DNA of 64,000 nucleotides. It comes from a virus. Shown piece after piece: positions 30,037 through 39,257 of this stretch. The position numbers and the translations under genes were made by a program. Numbering within the stretch: position 1 is the stretch's first letter; every line of letters begins with the position of its first letter. The notes under the pieces are model-generated. The model saw nothing but the letters and a program-made list of their open reading frames with translations. It searched no databases and was not told where the DNA came from. Where the stretch lies: positions 1-64,000 of the IMG/VR virus record IMGVR_UViG_3300025131_000007; one strand, given 5' to 3'.

Positions 30037-30454
30037 ACAACTTATCAAACCATTGGTTAAAGAATGCATTCACGAAGTTCTTATCGAAGAAGGGCTTTTG
30101 TCTAATGTGGTTGCTGAAGTGGCGAAAGGTATGCAAAGCAACTTGATGGTAGAAGAAAGACCTCGTAAAAAATCCTCCCAACCTCTATTTAAAGAAGATC
30201 GCCCACCAAAGCGCCCTCCGCGAGAGGGGAAGAGAAAAATGGAACAACAACGCAAACGACTAATGGATGCTATCGGAAAAGAAGCCTACAATGGTGTGGA
30301 TGTGTTTGAGGGAACTGAACCAATGCGAAAAGCGGGGAGCCCAAATGGGTCTACCCAAATGCCTTCGGTTTTGGGGGATGACACAGGGGATGCTGGTGTC
30401 GACATTTCTTCGCTGATCGCCGGCGCGTCCCAAGTATGGAAAGCAATAAAATAG
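30017..30454 (+). CDS. Hypothetical head protein
   Basis: MKKQDLKQLIKPLVKECIHEVL leader. Confidence 0.6.
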   Translation: MKKQDLKQLIKPLVKECIHEVLIEEGLLSNVVAEVAKGMQSNLMVEERPRKKSSQPLFKEDRPPKRPPREGKRKMEQQRKRLMDAIGKEAYNGVDVFEGTEPMRKAGSPNGSTQMPSVLGDDTGDAGVDISSLIAGASQVWKAIK

Positions 30455-30461
30455 GTGTAGA

Positions 30462-30707
30462 ATGGGGAAAAAATTAGTATATGCTAGCGTGACTGCTAAG
30501 GAATGTCGCGGCAATGTTGAGAAGATGATTCGAAAATTTCTTAAAAAAGTAAAGAAAGAAAGAATTATTGAGCAAGTGAGAGATCGTCGTTTCCATAAGA
30601 AACCCTCAGTGAAAAAAAGAGAGAAGAGGATCCGAGCAGAACGCATGCGCCGCCGCGAACAACTAAAACGTCGGAAAGCAGAAGAAAGACGTAATAGAAG
30701 AAATTAG
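30462..30707 (+). CDS. rpsU: Phage-encoded 30S ribosomal protein bS21
   Basis: NVEKMIRKFLKKVKKERIIEQVRDRRFHKKPSVKKREKR fits the bS21 pattern E.ALRRFKK......EL..R..Y.KPS..RR. Confidence 0.88.
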   Translation: MGKKLVYASVTAKECRGNVEKMIRKFLKKVKKERIIEQVRDRRFHKKPSVKKREKRIRAERMRRREQLKRRKAEERRNRRN

Positions 30708-30709
30708 TG

Positions 30710-30717
30710 ACTATTTA
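30710..30717 (+). promoter_or_regulatory. Putative late promoter ACTATTTA
   Basis: Recurrent motif; followed by GGAGG and ATG. Confidence 0.6.
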
Positions 30718-30750
30718 TTAATAGTTTGAAAAAATCGGAGGTTTTATAAC

Positions 30751-31182
30751 ATGGCAAATCTGACGGCTGACCACCCTTATCAAGTATCGGTTGGTATTAA
30801 TCATGTGGGCGCTTACCAAGTAAGTGGCCGACCATACGCCAGTGCGAGCATTGATGCGAAACATGGTCTTCGCCCGGGCGGATATGAGATTGAGTTCCCT
30901 TATGTTACAAAGTGGTTCCAGGTTATCAATGGAGATTCAACGAACGCATGTAAAGTTGCTTTTTCCCTCAGCGGGATGACCGGATCCGGAAATTATTTTA
31001 CGATAGATGCAGCCCCATCCGGGGATCACAAATATAGTGAAATATATGACACGAAAGTATCGAGTATCTGGGTGTCAGGATCGACCAATGTACAAATTGT
31101 GGCAGGTCTAACGAGTATTTTACCAAATAGAACCACCACCATCAGTGGAAGTAACTTCTCAGGTTCTGTGGGAGTCGGTTAA
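30751..31182 (+). CDS. Putative virion decoration protein
   Basis: 143 aa, small-residue-rich and beta-like; GGAGG Shine-Dalgarno. Confidence 0.6.
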   Translation: MANLTADHPYQVSVGINHVGAYQVSGRPYASASIDAKHGLRPGGYEIEFPYVTKWFQVINGDSTNACKVAFSLSGMTGSGNYFTIDAAPSGDHKYSEIYDTKVSSIWVSGSTNVQIVAGLTSILPNRTTTISGSNFSGSVGVG

Positions 31183-31184
31183 TA

Positions 31185-31874
31185 ATGGCGCAGTTTGGTT
31201 GGGCATACATTAATTGTGATAACAGCACTGGCGGATCTGGTCAAGCGGCAGGACCAACCGGATCTATTCAATTTTTAACCGGTGCGAATGCGAGCAGTGG
31301 ATCTGCTAATTTTTTGTATCATACCTCAGCTTATGCCGGCTATGATGCTAGCACACTTGTTCTAACCGGAACTTTGGTGGTAAGTGGAAATATTTCCGCC
31401 AGTTCTTATACTATTAAGGATATTTCCAGAATCGAAGCGAGCGGTTCTACCTTCTTTGGAGATTCCACCGATGACACTCACGCTCGAACCGGAAGTTTAT
31501 ATATGGTACGAGATGACGCAGGGGGAACTCCGTATTTTTCCACATTAGCAGCCTACCAACAAACATATGCGAAAGCATTTCGCGTAGGATACACAGGAAC
31601 ATTCGCTACCGTTTTTACTTCTTCAGTTGCTAATTACATTTTTGGAATGCGCAATACCGGAGATGTAAACTTTAGGCTCCATAGCGCCTCTGATTGCGAC
31701 GATGGTACTATGATATTAATAAAAGACGAAGCTGTTAGCCGAACACCGAGTACTAGTATTACCATTTCGGCATCTTCTCCCGATACGATTGATGGGGCTG
31801 ATTATTATATTTTGACAGGCACATTGCCAGCCATTGGGCTCTATTCTAACGGGAGCAACTGGTTCGTATATTAA
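31185..31874 (+). CDS. Putative fibre/decoration protein
   Basis: AAGPTGSIQF, TFFGDSTDDTHARTGSL, C-terminal TIDG..LYSNGSNWFVY. Confidence 0.6.
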   Translation: MAQFGWAYINCDNSTGGSGQAAGPTGSIQFLTGANASSGSANFLYHTSAYAGYDASTLVLTGTLVVSGNISASSYTIKDISRIEASGSTFFGDSTDDTHARTGSLYMVRDDAGGTPYFSTLAAYQQTYAKAFRVGYTGTFATVFTSSVANYIFGMRNTGDVNFRLHSASDCDDGTMILIKDEAVSRTPSTSITISASSPDTIDGADYYILTGTLPAIGLYSNGSNWFVY

Positions 31875-31892
31875 TAGGGGAGTTGTTGCTCA

Positions 31893-32513
31893 ATGGCATT
31901 TAATAGATTATCAGGAACAATAGTTGCGCCTAATTATTTTGGCCCAGGCGATGGCCCGGGCACCAATATTATATCTGGCACACTGCACGGTGATGGCGCG
32001 GAAATTATTGAAGTTCCTCGTATAGTTGCTGATCCTACTGAAAATTATATGCTCACTGTGGGCGTTAATGAAAACTCTATGGTGGGTGAGCCTAACTTAA
32101 GATTTGATGGCAGCACTTTGTCTTTAGATGGTGATTTGAGTGCTAGTATTAATATTTCTGCATCTATTTTTTATGGATCAGGCGCAGGTCTCACCGATGT
32201 TCCGACGGCTGGCAACGAATCTGTTAATAATGTAGCAGTTTCGGCTTCTATGGCAAAGGGGTTTAATTATGTAAGCGCAGTAAGTAGCGCTGTGGGTGTA
32301 TTTATGCCACACACTGCCTCTACTTCTGTGGGAGATGTTGTGCGTATGAAGGCAACATCCGGTGTTTCGGAAAATAATTCTATAACTGTTTTTTCCGAAT
32401 CGGGATCTAATGTTAGCATAAGTATTGATGGTATACAATCGGTTGTAATGGAATCTGAATATGGGGCAGTTTCGTTTATTTATGTGAGTTCCGGGAATTG
32501 GCTAATACTGTAG
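31893..32513 (+). CDS. Putative fibre/decoration protein
   Basis: GEPNLRFDGSTL, FYGSGAGLTDV, C-terminal SIDG..FIYVSSGNWLIL. Confidence 0.6.
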   Translation: MAFNRLSGTIVAPNYFGPGDGPGTNIISGTLHGDGAEIIEVPRIVADPTENYMLTVGVNENSMVGEPNLRFDGSTLSLDGDLSASINISASIFYGSGAGLTDVPTAGNESVNNVAVSASMAKGFNYVSAVSSAVGVFMPHTASTSVGDVVRMKATSGVSENNSITVFSESGSNVSISIDGIQSVVMESEYGAVSFIYVSSGNWLIL

Positions 32514-32547
32514 ATCGAATAGAGAGCACCAAAGTCATTATAATATT

Positions 32548-32573
32548 ATTCTTCTTCGGAAGGATTTTTTTTT
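32548..32573 (+). terminator. Rho-independent terminator
   Basis: attcttc-TTCG-gaaggat stem followed by a T run. Confidence 0.7.
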
Positions 32574-32625
32574 ATCAGTGAAGACAAGGTTTATAAGCCA
32601 TTGGCTTGCGGTGCGTCTAGTTAAC

Positions 32626-32686
32626 GGTGAAGGTCGACTATGGTCGATCGCATCGAGATTGGGGGATCCCTAGTCTCGAAGTTACC
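32626..32686 (+). ncRNA. Candidate structured 5' leader (three-way junction)
   Basis: ggtga/ttacc encloses the ggtcgac/gtcgatc hairpin and a 12-bp tcgagattgggg/ccctagtctcga hairpin. Confidence 0.4.
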
Positions 32687-32724
32687 ATTTAAATTAATTA
32701 AACTAATATGGAGGGTTTTATTAT

Positions 32725-33690
32725 ATGGCTTATAAATTTCAAGTAGGCCCCGCGATTATGTCCGGGAGCCTCAAACAAGAGGATACAATTACCTCTACTA
32801 GCACCATTTCTGGTGCGGCTGTTCAAGGTGAAGCAGGAACGCTGACTTCACTTGACTTACAAGTTGGTGGAATCACCAGCGCCGGTGCAATCGCTGGTGT
32901 TACTACTATGTCGACCGACGATATCACTTATGGTAATACCGGAATTGACGTCGATGATGCGGCTGCTAGTAACTTCACCATCCAACAAGAAAATGCAACC
33001 AAAGCGATCCGCATCAAACTAGGAGCGGCAGGTGCTGGAACTTCCGGCTTTGGTATAAGAGACAGCAGCAACGGCAATCTATGGGCAGTATTGGATACTG
33101 GAAAGGTTTCTGGTTCGGGAATTCTACACCAGGTGGGTGCTGTTACATTCGGTAGCACCCTTAGTGTAACTGGTGCTGTTTCTGGTGCGGCAGAACTATA
33201 TCATGCCGGCGCAGCTACATTCAGTAGCACCCTTAGTGTAACTGGTGCTGTTTCTGGTGCTGCTGCAACATTCACCTCAACAGCGCTGAGTGATGATCTC
33301 ACGGTGAGCAGCGATATTCTCCCCGCAGCAGATTCAGTCAGTGATATAGGTAGTTCTAGCGCATACTTTGCGAACATATATGTTGATACCATCCACGGTG
33401 GTAGTAATGCTCTGAGTGTTCAAACACTGTCGGCAAGTTCCTTGACTGTTTCAGCTTCAACTGATTTTGTTTTGGTCGCTAAGACTTCTGCTTCTGTTAC
33501 GTTGGCTACTGCTGCAGCAGGACGCAAAGTTATCATTAAGATGTCTGGTTCTCATACCATGGCAACTATTGGTGCAGGTGCCGATGATAACATTTCTGAA
33601 GTTCCAGCCGGTGGATCATTGATTTTGGAGGCTAGCGGCGCTGCTGTCACTATGCTTGCTTATGATGCTGTAAACTGGAATATCTGCTAA
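32725..33690 (+). CDS. Ser/Ala/Gly-rich fibre-like virion protein
   Basis: Repeated TFGSTLSVTGAVSGAA; ILPAADSVSDIGSSSAYFANIYVDTI. Confidence 0.65.
   Translation: MAYKFQVGPAIMSGSLKQEDTITSTSTISGAAVQGEAGTLTSLDLQVGGITSAGAIAGVTTMSTDDITYGNTGIDVDDAAASNFTIQQENATKAIRIKLGAAGAGTSGFGIRDSSNGNLWAVLDTGKVSGSGILHQVGAVTFGSTLSVTGAVSGAAELYHAGAATFSSTLSVTGAVSGAAATFTSTALSDDLTVSSDILPAADSVSDIGSSSAYFANIYVDTIHGGSNALSVQTLSASSLTVSASTDFVLVAKTSASVTLATAAAGRKVIIKMSGSHTMATIGAGADDNISEVPAGGSLILEASGAAVTMLAYDAVNWNIC
33144..33260 (+). repeat. 45-bp coding direct repeat, period 72, one mismatch
   Basis: tacattc(g/a)gtagcacccttagtgtaactggtgctgtttctggtgc at 33144 and 33216. Confidence 0.9.
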
Positions 33691-33735
33691 ATTTCATATA
33701 CGAAAAAGACCAATATTTATTATTGCTCTCTTTCC

Positions 33736-33765
33736 AAGGTATCCCTTCGGGGGTACCTTTTTTTT
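33736..33765 (+). terminator. Rho-independent terminator
   Basis: aaggtatccc-TTCG-ggggtacctt followed by a T run. Confidence 0.9.
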
Positions 33766-33838
33766 GTCTTTAAATTCATCTATAAGAGAAGTGGGAAAAA
33801 TCATATAATGCCTCTATTTATACACAAGAGGTAAGAAT

Positions 33839-34978
33839 ATGGCATATAATGTGGTCAAAGGGGAGACTGAGAAAAAAATAGAAGGCTCGGTGAGCGATTC
33901 GGGAGATCAAACCATTGCGGGAAACAAGACATTCACAAACCCTGTCAGCGCGCCTTCGTTTTACGATTCCAACCTTCAGAAAAACCTCGAACACCCCGCC
34001 TTAACCGAAATTACCAATGATAATTCAGGGTGCATTGTGGTGTCTAACGGCGATGGAACTGCCACAGCATTTACTGGTCTCACTTTTAATGGAGATTGCC
34101 TAAAAGCGTCTTCATATTTTGGTTCCGGAGTAGGTCTCACCAACTTGCAAGCAACCGAGATTCGTGGCAAATTGTCATTAGATAATTTGAATTATGGAGG
34201 TGGGCTGATTGCATCCAATCAACAGTTAAGAGTTAATGGGGGAAAGGGGATAAAAATAGAAGAAGCGGGAATCAGTATTGACAATGTGCCCAACGGAGGT
34301 CTGAACTCTTCGGATGTTGGGGTGCGGGTGGATCCGATGTTAGCTCCACGAAAGCGCGCAATCGGTGTCAATGATCGTTTTTTGATTGCGGATAGTAGTC
34401 AGAATAATACACTAAAAAGTGCTACGATTAAATCTTTATCTACCTATATTCAAAATACACTTAAGTTGACGCGCCCTCATGGTGCTTCCTCTCAAATTCA
34501 ATTTAACGACAGGGGGCTCTTTGGGTCTACTGCTAATTTGCGTTTTGAAATCGATACGTTGTCAACTATTAACGTGGCGTTGCATGGAGAATTGAGAGTA
34601 GGAAAGAACACCCTTAAGGGGGATAAAGCAATTTTAGCTCTCCCTACCGATCCGATAGCTGCCGACAAGCTACCTCCGGGCTCTCTATCATTTTATTTAG
34701 ATGCTGAGACTCAGAGGCTTATGGTCAAGATTAAAGACGCTGAAGGGGTTACTAAAAATTTAGGAATCGACTTGCTCACAAGTGCCGAGATTATAGAGGA
34801 AGACAAGATGCAAGGGTATTTGTTAGATGATGATACTATTGATGATGAACTAGAGATTTCAGAAGATGAAGCAGGCATTTCTACCTTCGCGGAAGAAGAA
34901 GTTGATGATTCGAATAGTAGCTCAAACGAGAATAGTGGAATATTAGGTTATTTCAAAAATGCTTTTACTAAGAAATAG
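33839..34978 (+). CDS. Fibre-like virion protein with acidic C-terminus
   Basis: DQTIAGNKTF, YFGSGVGLTNL, GASSQIQFND motifs; TCTATTTA at 33813. Confidence 0.6.
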   Translation: MAYNVVKGETEKKIEGSVSDSGDQTIAGNKTFTNPVSAPSFYDSNLQKNLEHPALTEITNDNSGCIVVSNGDGTATAFTGLTFNGDCLKASSYFGSGVGLTNLQATEIRGKLSLDNLNYGGGLIASNQQLRVNGGKGIKIEEAGISIDNVPNGGLNSSDVGVRVDPMLAPRKRAIGVNDRFLIADSSQNNTLKSATIKSLSTYIQNTLKLTRPHGASSQIQFNDRGLFGSTANLRFEIDTLSTINVALHGELRVGKNTLKGDKAILALPTDPIAADKLPPGSLSFYLDAETQRLMVKIKDAEGVTKNLGIDLLTSAEIIEEDKMQGYLLDDDTIDDELEISEDEAGISTFAEEEVDDSNSSSNENSGILGYFKNAFTKK

Positions 34979-35021
34979 CACTAATTATTTGATGGAAAAC
35001 TGTTTTTTAGGAGATTTTTGA

Positions 35022-36290
35022 ATGTCAAGTTTACTCAAAGAGGCGATTGTTGATGCCCATGCCCTCAAAGAAGCCGCACTGAAGAATGCAGAATCAGCGA
35101 TCATCGCAAAATATTCGAGTGAAGTCAAAGAAACCATTGATAAATTGCTAGAACAAGATGAAATGGATCTGGAACTAGGCGGCCCCCTCAGCGGGGAAGA
35201 GATGGGCGATCCTGGAATGGGTGAAGATCCCATGGTGGCGATGGATGATGCCGGCACTGTGGAAGAAGTAACCGATCCCGGTGATATTCCGTTGGCAGCC
35301 GCCGATGGTTTGTCGAAAGAGGTAGGGATGCATTTAGAAAATGCTCCAACTGAAGGGGAAGAGATTGAATTCAATGTCAACCTGGGCGCGCTTCAAGAAG
35401 CTATTGAGGAATTAAAGCAAGAACTCGACGAAGCAGAAGAAATTGAAATTACTGAAGAAGATTTGATAGCTTTGTTGGAGCAACCACAAGATCCTGGTTC
35501 CTTCGCCGGCGAAGAAGAAGGTGTTCGCGATATTGAGGATGCTTGGGAAGATTTCAAAGAAGCCCACATGGATAACAGGGAGATTGAAAACGATGAGTTA
35601 TATGATTTTGTTAACAATCTCACACCAGAACAACATAACTACATTGACCAAGACATAGAAAGAGAAAACATTAGAGTTGTTGATCAATTTTCGGAAAGTG
35701 TGACAGAAGAACAAGAGATAGACATTTCCGAAGAACTTATCGACGCAGTTATGGAAAGACTTACAGTAGACATGGGTGCTACTCTCTCCGGATGGGCAGG
35801 TCGCTCATCTGAAGATATTAAGTGGGAGCTAACCAAAGCTCTCGCTCATCGCAGAGGCACCGATTTCGAAGAAGATTTAGAAGATTTAAAAAAGGCTCAT
35901 GATGAGTTGGTTTTTGAAAATAGCCAACTTAAGGAGCGAAATACAAAATATGAGCAAGCCTTGACGCAACTTCAAGAGAATTTACAGGATATTAATCTCT
36001 CGAATGCGCGCTTGCTTTATACGAACCGTGTTCTTAGGAATACCTCGTTGAATGAGCGACAAAAAGAAAAGATTGTCGAAGCTATTTCAAACGCCGGTTC
36101 AGTTATGGAGGCGAAGACGATACACGATACCCTTCAAAGCACAATGGAGTCTAAGCAAGTTAAGCGCGGACCACAATCATTGAGCGAAGCCATCAATCGC
36201 AGACCCTCTGTTCTTCGTGCTACTCGCAAAGAAAGCAACCCTGTAGACCCTTTTAGCGACAGAATGAAGAAACTAGCTGGAATTAAATAA
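35022..36290 (+). CDS. Prohead core/scaffold protein (gp22-like)
   Basis: Very acidic coiled coil directly before the capsid gene; C-terminal RMKKLAGI. Confidence 0.75.
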   Translation: MSSLLKEAIVDAHALKEAALKNAESAIIAKYSSEVKETIDKLLEQDEMDLELGGPLSGEEMGDPGMGEDPMVAMDDAGTVEEVTDPGDIPLAAADGLSKEVGMHLENAPTEGEEIEFNVNLGALQEAIEELKQELDEAEEIEITEEDLIALLEQPQDPGSFAGEEEGVRDIEDAWEDFKEAHMDNREIENDELYDFVNNLTPEQHNYIDQDIERENIRVVDQFSESVTEEQEIDISEELIDAVMERLTVDMGATLSGWAGRSSEDIKWELTKALAHRRGTDFEEDLEDLKKAHDELVFENSQLKERNTKYEQALTQLQENLQDINLSNARLLYTNRVLRNTSLNERQKEKIVEAISNAGSVMEAKTIHDTLQSTMESKQVKRGPQSLSEAINRRPSVLRATRKESNPVDPFSDRMKKLAGIK

Positions 36291-36310
36291 AATTATGGAG
36301 GTATTTAAAA

Positions 36311-38134
36311 ATGTCTAGTATTATCGAAAGACTGACTGAAGGCGTTGTCAACCGTGACATGAAAGCCGAAGGTCATGCTCTTCTTACAAAATGGGAACGC
36401 ACTGGTCTCCTTGAGGGATTGACCAATGATCGTTCTAAGCATTCTATGGCTCGCTTGCTTGAAAATCAAGCTAAAGAGCTTCTTCGTGAAACAAGCGCAA
36501 TGAGCGCTGGTGATGTCGAAGGTTTTGCATCTGTTGCATTTCCAATCGTTCGTCGTGTTTTCGCTGGGTTGATCGCAAACGATCTCGTTTCCGTTCAACC
36601 AATGAGTCTGCCAAGCGGTCTCATCTTTTTCCTTGACTTCTTGTTCTCACCAGATCTTGGTGGGCGCGCGCAAAACCAAACCCGAATGGGCAACGTTTAT
36701 GACAAGTCTATTTATGGTACTGATCAGGTTGGATCGCAAATTACCGGTGGTGTTAATCTGGTAGGGGCAACCCTTAAAGAAGACCTCTCTGGTCCTCGCA
36801 CTGTTGGTGCTCGCGGTTATTCCTATTCATCACCAACCGCTTCTGTGGATAACGGAAACTGTCAGTTTTTGGCAGGGTTCTCTCTTACTGGTGCTACTGA
36901 AGCACAAAAAAGAGATTACTTGTTGAATGACCCTGATTTGATTACGCTTTCTCAGTCTAATTCTACGGCTGAGGTCGCAGTCTTTAGGATCCCTGGAAAC
37001 GCCCTAACGGGAGCAAACAATGCCACACCCGCTGATTTTGAAAATCTGGGTGCATTTGTTCTTAATAATTCACCTGGTGCTGGTGCTGAAAATACAGGTG
37101 TTGGAACATCTACCAAGCAAATCCGTCGTCTTACTCAGCAAACTGGGTCTGGTGGAACGGAACGCGATGTTCTCTTTGTGTTGATTGGTCCTGACAATGC
37201 GGCAACAACCGGATTGCAGCCCACCAATTGTAGTGCAACCCCTGCTTCCATGGAAGCAACATCTGTTACTTTCCCACTGCGTGATAATATGGATGCTGGT
37301 GGTGCTATTGGTTCGGTTACCGGTCTTCAAGATTGGGCACTGGAAAATAGCGATAACATCCCAGAGATCGACATTAAGGTCGATAGTGTGGCAGTAACCG
37401 CCATTACCAAGAAACTGAAAGCCAAGTGGACACCTGAATTGGGTCAAGACTTGAATGCTTATCATAACTTGGATGCCGAGGTGGAGTTGACCTCGATTCT
37501 TTCTGAGCAAGTTGCTCTTGAAATCGATCGTGAAATTATCTCTGATCTTGTCAATGGTGCAAAAGCTGCGACCTATTATTGGAGTCGTGCACCTGGGTTG
37601 TTTTTGAACCGAGAAACTGGAACTGAAATTGGAGCGGCAAGTGCTGCACCTGACTTTACCGGTACGGTTTCGGAATGGTATGAAACTCTTGCTGAAACAA
37701 TCAATGATGTTTCTGCCCAAATTCACCGTAAAACTCTTAGGGGTGGAGCTAACTTTGTGGTCTGTGGCCCTGAAGTTGCGAATATCCTTGAGTTTACCGC
37801 TGGGTTCCGCGCATCAGTTACCGCTGATGACGAAACGGGCTCTATCGGTGCTGTGAAAGTCGGTAGTCTTTCTAAGAAGTTTGACGTTATCGTCGATCCT
37901 TACTTCCTCCGGAACGTTGTTCTCGTTGGTCGTCGGGGTTCTAGCTTCCTCGAAAGCGGATATGTGTATGCACCTTATGTGCCACTGCAAACCACACCAA
38001 CGATCTTCGGACCTGAAGACTTCGTGCCAAGAAAGGGTGTTATGACCCGTTACGCGAAGAAGATGGTTCGCCCAGATATGTATGGGTTGGTTATCATTCG
38101 TGGTCTCCTTGGTGAAGCCGGCGCTACTAGCTAA
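36311..38134 (+). CDS. Major capsid protein (T4 gp23-like)
   Basis: ANDLVSVQPMSLPSGLIFF, KLKAKWTPELGQDLNAYHNLDAEVEL, YAPYVPL, PRKGVMTRY. Confidence 0.97.
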   Translation: MSSIIERLTEGVVNRDMKAEGHALLTKWERTGLLEGLTNDRSKHSMARLLENQAKELLRETSAMSAGDVEGFASVAFPIVRRVFAGLIANDLVSVQPMSLPSGLIFFLDFLFSPDLGGRAQNQTRMGNVYDKSIYGTDQVGSQITGGVNLVGATLKEDLSGPRTVGARGYSYSSPTASVDNGNCQFLAGFSLTGATEAQKRDYLLNDPDLITLSQSNSTAEVAVFRIPGNALTGANNATPADFENLGAFVLNNSPGAGAENTGVGTSTKQIRRLTQQTGSGGTERDVLFVLIGPDNAATTGLQPTNCSATPASMEATSVTFPLRDNMDAGGAIGSVTGLQDWALENSDNIPEIDIKVDSVAVTAITKKLKAKWTPELGQDLNAYHNLDAEVELTSILSEQVALEIDREIISDLVNGAKAATYYWSRAPGLFLNRETGTEIGAASAAPDFTGTVSEWYETLAETINDVSAQIHRKTLRGGANFVVCGPEVANILEFTAGFRASVTADDETGSIGAVKVGSLSKKFDVIVDPYFLRNVVLVGRRGSSFLESGYVYAPYVPLQTTPTIFGPEDFVPRKGVMTRYAKKMVRPDMYGLVIIRGLLGEAGATS

Positions 38135-38156
38135 TTTAGCGTAGCCTATTAAATGT

Positions 38157-38190
38157 AAAGCCCCTGTCTTTGACGGGGGCTTTCTTTTAT
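38157..38190 (+). terminator. Terminator after the capsid gene
   Basis: aaagcccctgtc-ttt-gacgggggcttt followed by a T-rich tail. Confidence 0.9.
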
Positions 38191-38263
38191 TTGGAAACTA
38201 CTTATAGCTGAAAGGAATAAATACCTTTCGTTAATTGACCATATTCTATAGGAGGAATTTATT

Positions 38264-38719
38264 ATGGGAACAAAAAGAGTAGGTTGGGCTAGAATCAAAA
38301 GCCTGATTAACGAAAATCAAAATCAATTACATCATCTCAAGCAAGGTTATATGGCGCTGAGTTCTGACACCACGCTTACTGCTGCTGATAGCGGTAAGAT
38401 TATTTTAATGTCAAACAATGGTGTCGATATCACATTGCCCGTTCCAGAGGCGGGGATGACTTTTACAATCATTCAAGTTAGAGATTGGGATACCGCTAAT
38501 TGTACAGTTGATGCGGGCACGTACGTCATGGGCGGTTCTGTTGCTGGCGTAGCCGCTGACTCGAATAATTTAGCCGATGGCAGCAGCGATACTACATGCA
38601 CATTCGGTAGTGCTACGTTAGCAGGCGACCAGATTACCCTCGTGTCAGATGGCACCAAGTGGTATGTATCTGGCATTGGCGCTGCTGGTGGCACTAATGG
38701 TATTACATTCGGTAGCTAA
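38264..38719 (+). CDS. Putative capsid decoration protein
   Basis: TLTAADSGKII..ITLP..AGMTFTI..GDQITLVSDGTKWYV; AGGAGG; ACTACTTA at 38197. Confidence 0.65.
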   Translation: MGTKRVGWARIKSLINENQNQLHHLKQGYMALSSDTTLTAADSGKIILMSNNGVDITLPVPEAGMTFTIIQVRDWDTANCTVDAGTYVMGGSVAGVAADSNNLADGSSDTTCTFGSATLAGDQITLVSDGTKWYVSGIGAAGGTNGITFGS

Positions 38720-38764
38720 ATATGGTTTTGCCTTATGCGATAACTATTTAAAGGTGCGAATTCT

Positions 38765-38790
38765 CCCCCCTTCCGAGGGGGGTTTTTTTT
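38765..38790 (+). terminator. Rho-independent terminator
   Basis: C-rich/G-rich stem ccccccttccgagggggg followed by T8. Confidence 0.85.
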
Positions 38791-38855
38791 AAAAACTCGA
38801 TCTGTCAAATTTTTGCGCCGGTAAATTTTTGAGATTTTCACTTTCTGAAATCAAT

Positions 38856-38863
38856 ACTATTTA
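38856..38863 (+). promoter_or_regulatory. Putative late promoter ACTATTTA
   Basis: TGAAAT-N4-ACTATTTA before AGGAGA and ATG. Confidence 0.6.
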
Positions 38864-38885
38864 CTATATTATATAGGAGATCCCC

Positions 38886-39197
38886 ATGGGAAGAAAACGA
38901 AGATTAAGAACATGCCCCAAATTTAAGCTAAAACATGCAAGACATCCAAGAATTACGTTGGAAAGTGCCGGCACCACCACAGATACAACCCCAGTTGCAA
39001 TTGTTGTGGAACCCCCCGCACCAACACCACCAACTAATCCTCCGGAAGTGACGCTTGCCCCAGAAAGCACGGAAACCCCGAAAGCTACACCACCACCACA
39101 GTTGACGAAACCTAAAAAGACTACCGTATCTCGGAAGCGTAAACCGACCACACCGCGAAAAACTCGGCCGAGAAAAAAAGACGACAACTCAAAATAA
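38886..39197 (+). CDS. Basic Pro/Thr-rich hypothetical protein
   Basis: 103 aa; AGGAGA Shine-Dalgarno. Confidence 0.55.
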   Translation: MGRKRRLRTCPKFKLKHARHPRITLESAGTTTDTTPVAIVVEPPAPTPPTNPPEVTLAPESTETPKATPPPQLTKPKKTTVSRKRKPTTPRKTRPRKKDDNSK

Positions 39198-39229
39198 GAA
39201 ATAGGGTGTTGAGTTTTGCTGAAAACTCT

Positions 39230-39237
39230 ACTATTTA
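39230..39237 (+). promoter_or_regulatory. Putative late promoter ACTATTTA
   Basis: TGAAAA-N4-ACTATTTA; gagtttt/aaaactc hairpin directly upstream. Confidence 0.6.
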
Positions 39238-39257
39238 GTGTGTAGGAGTGTTTATGT

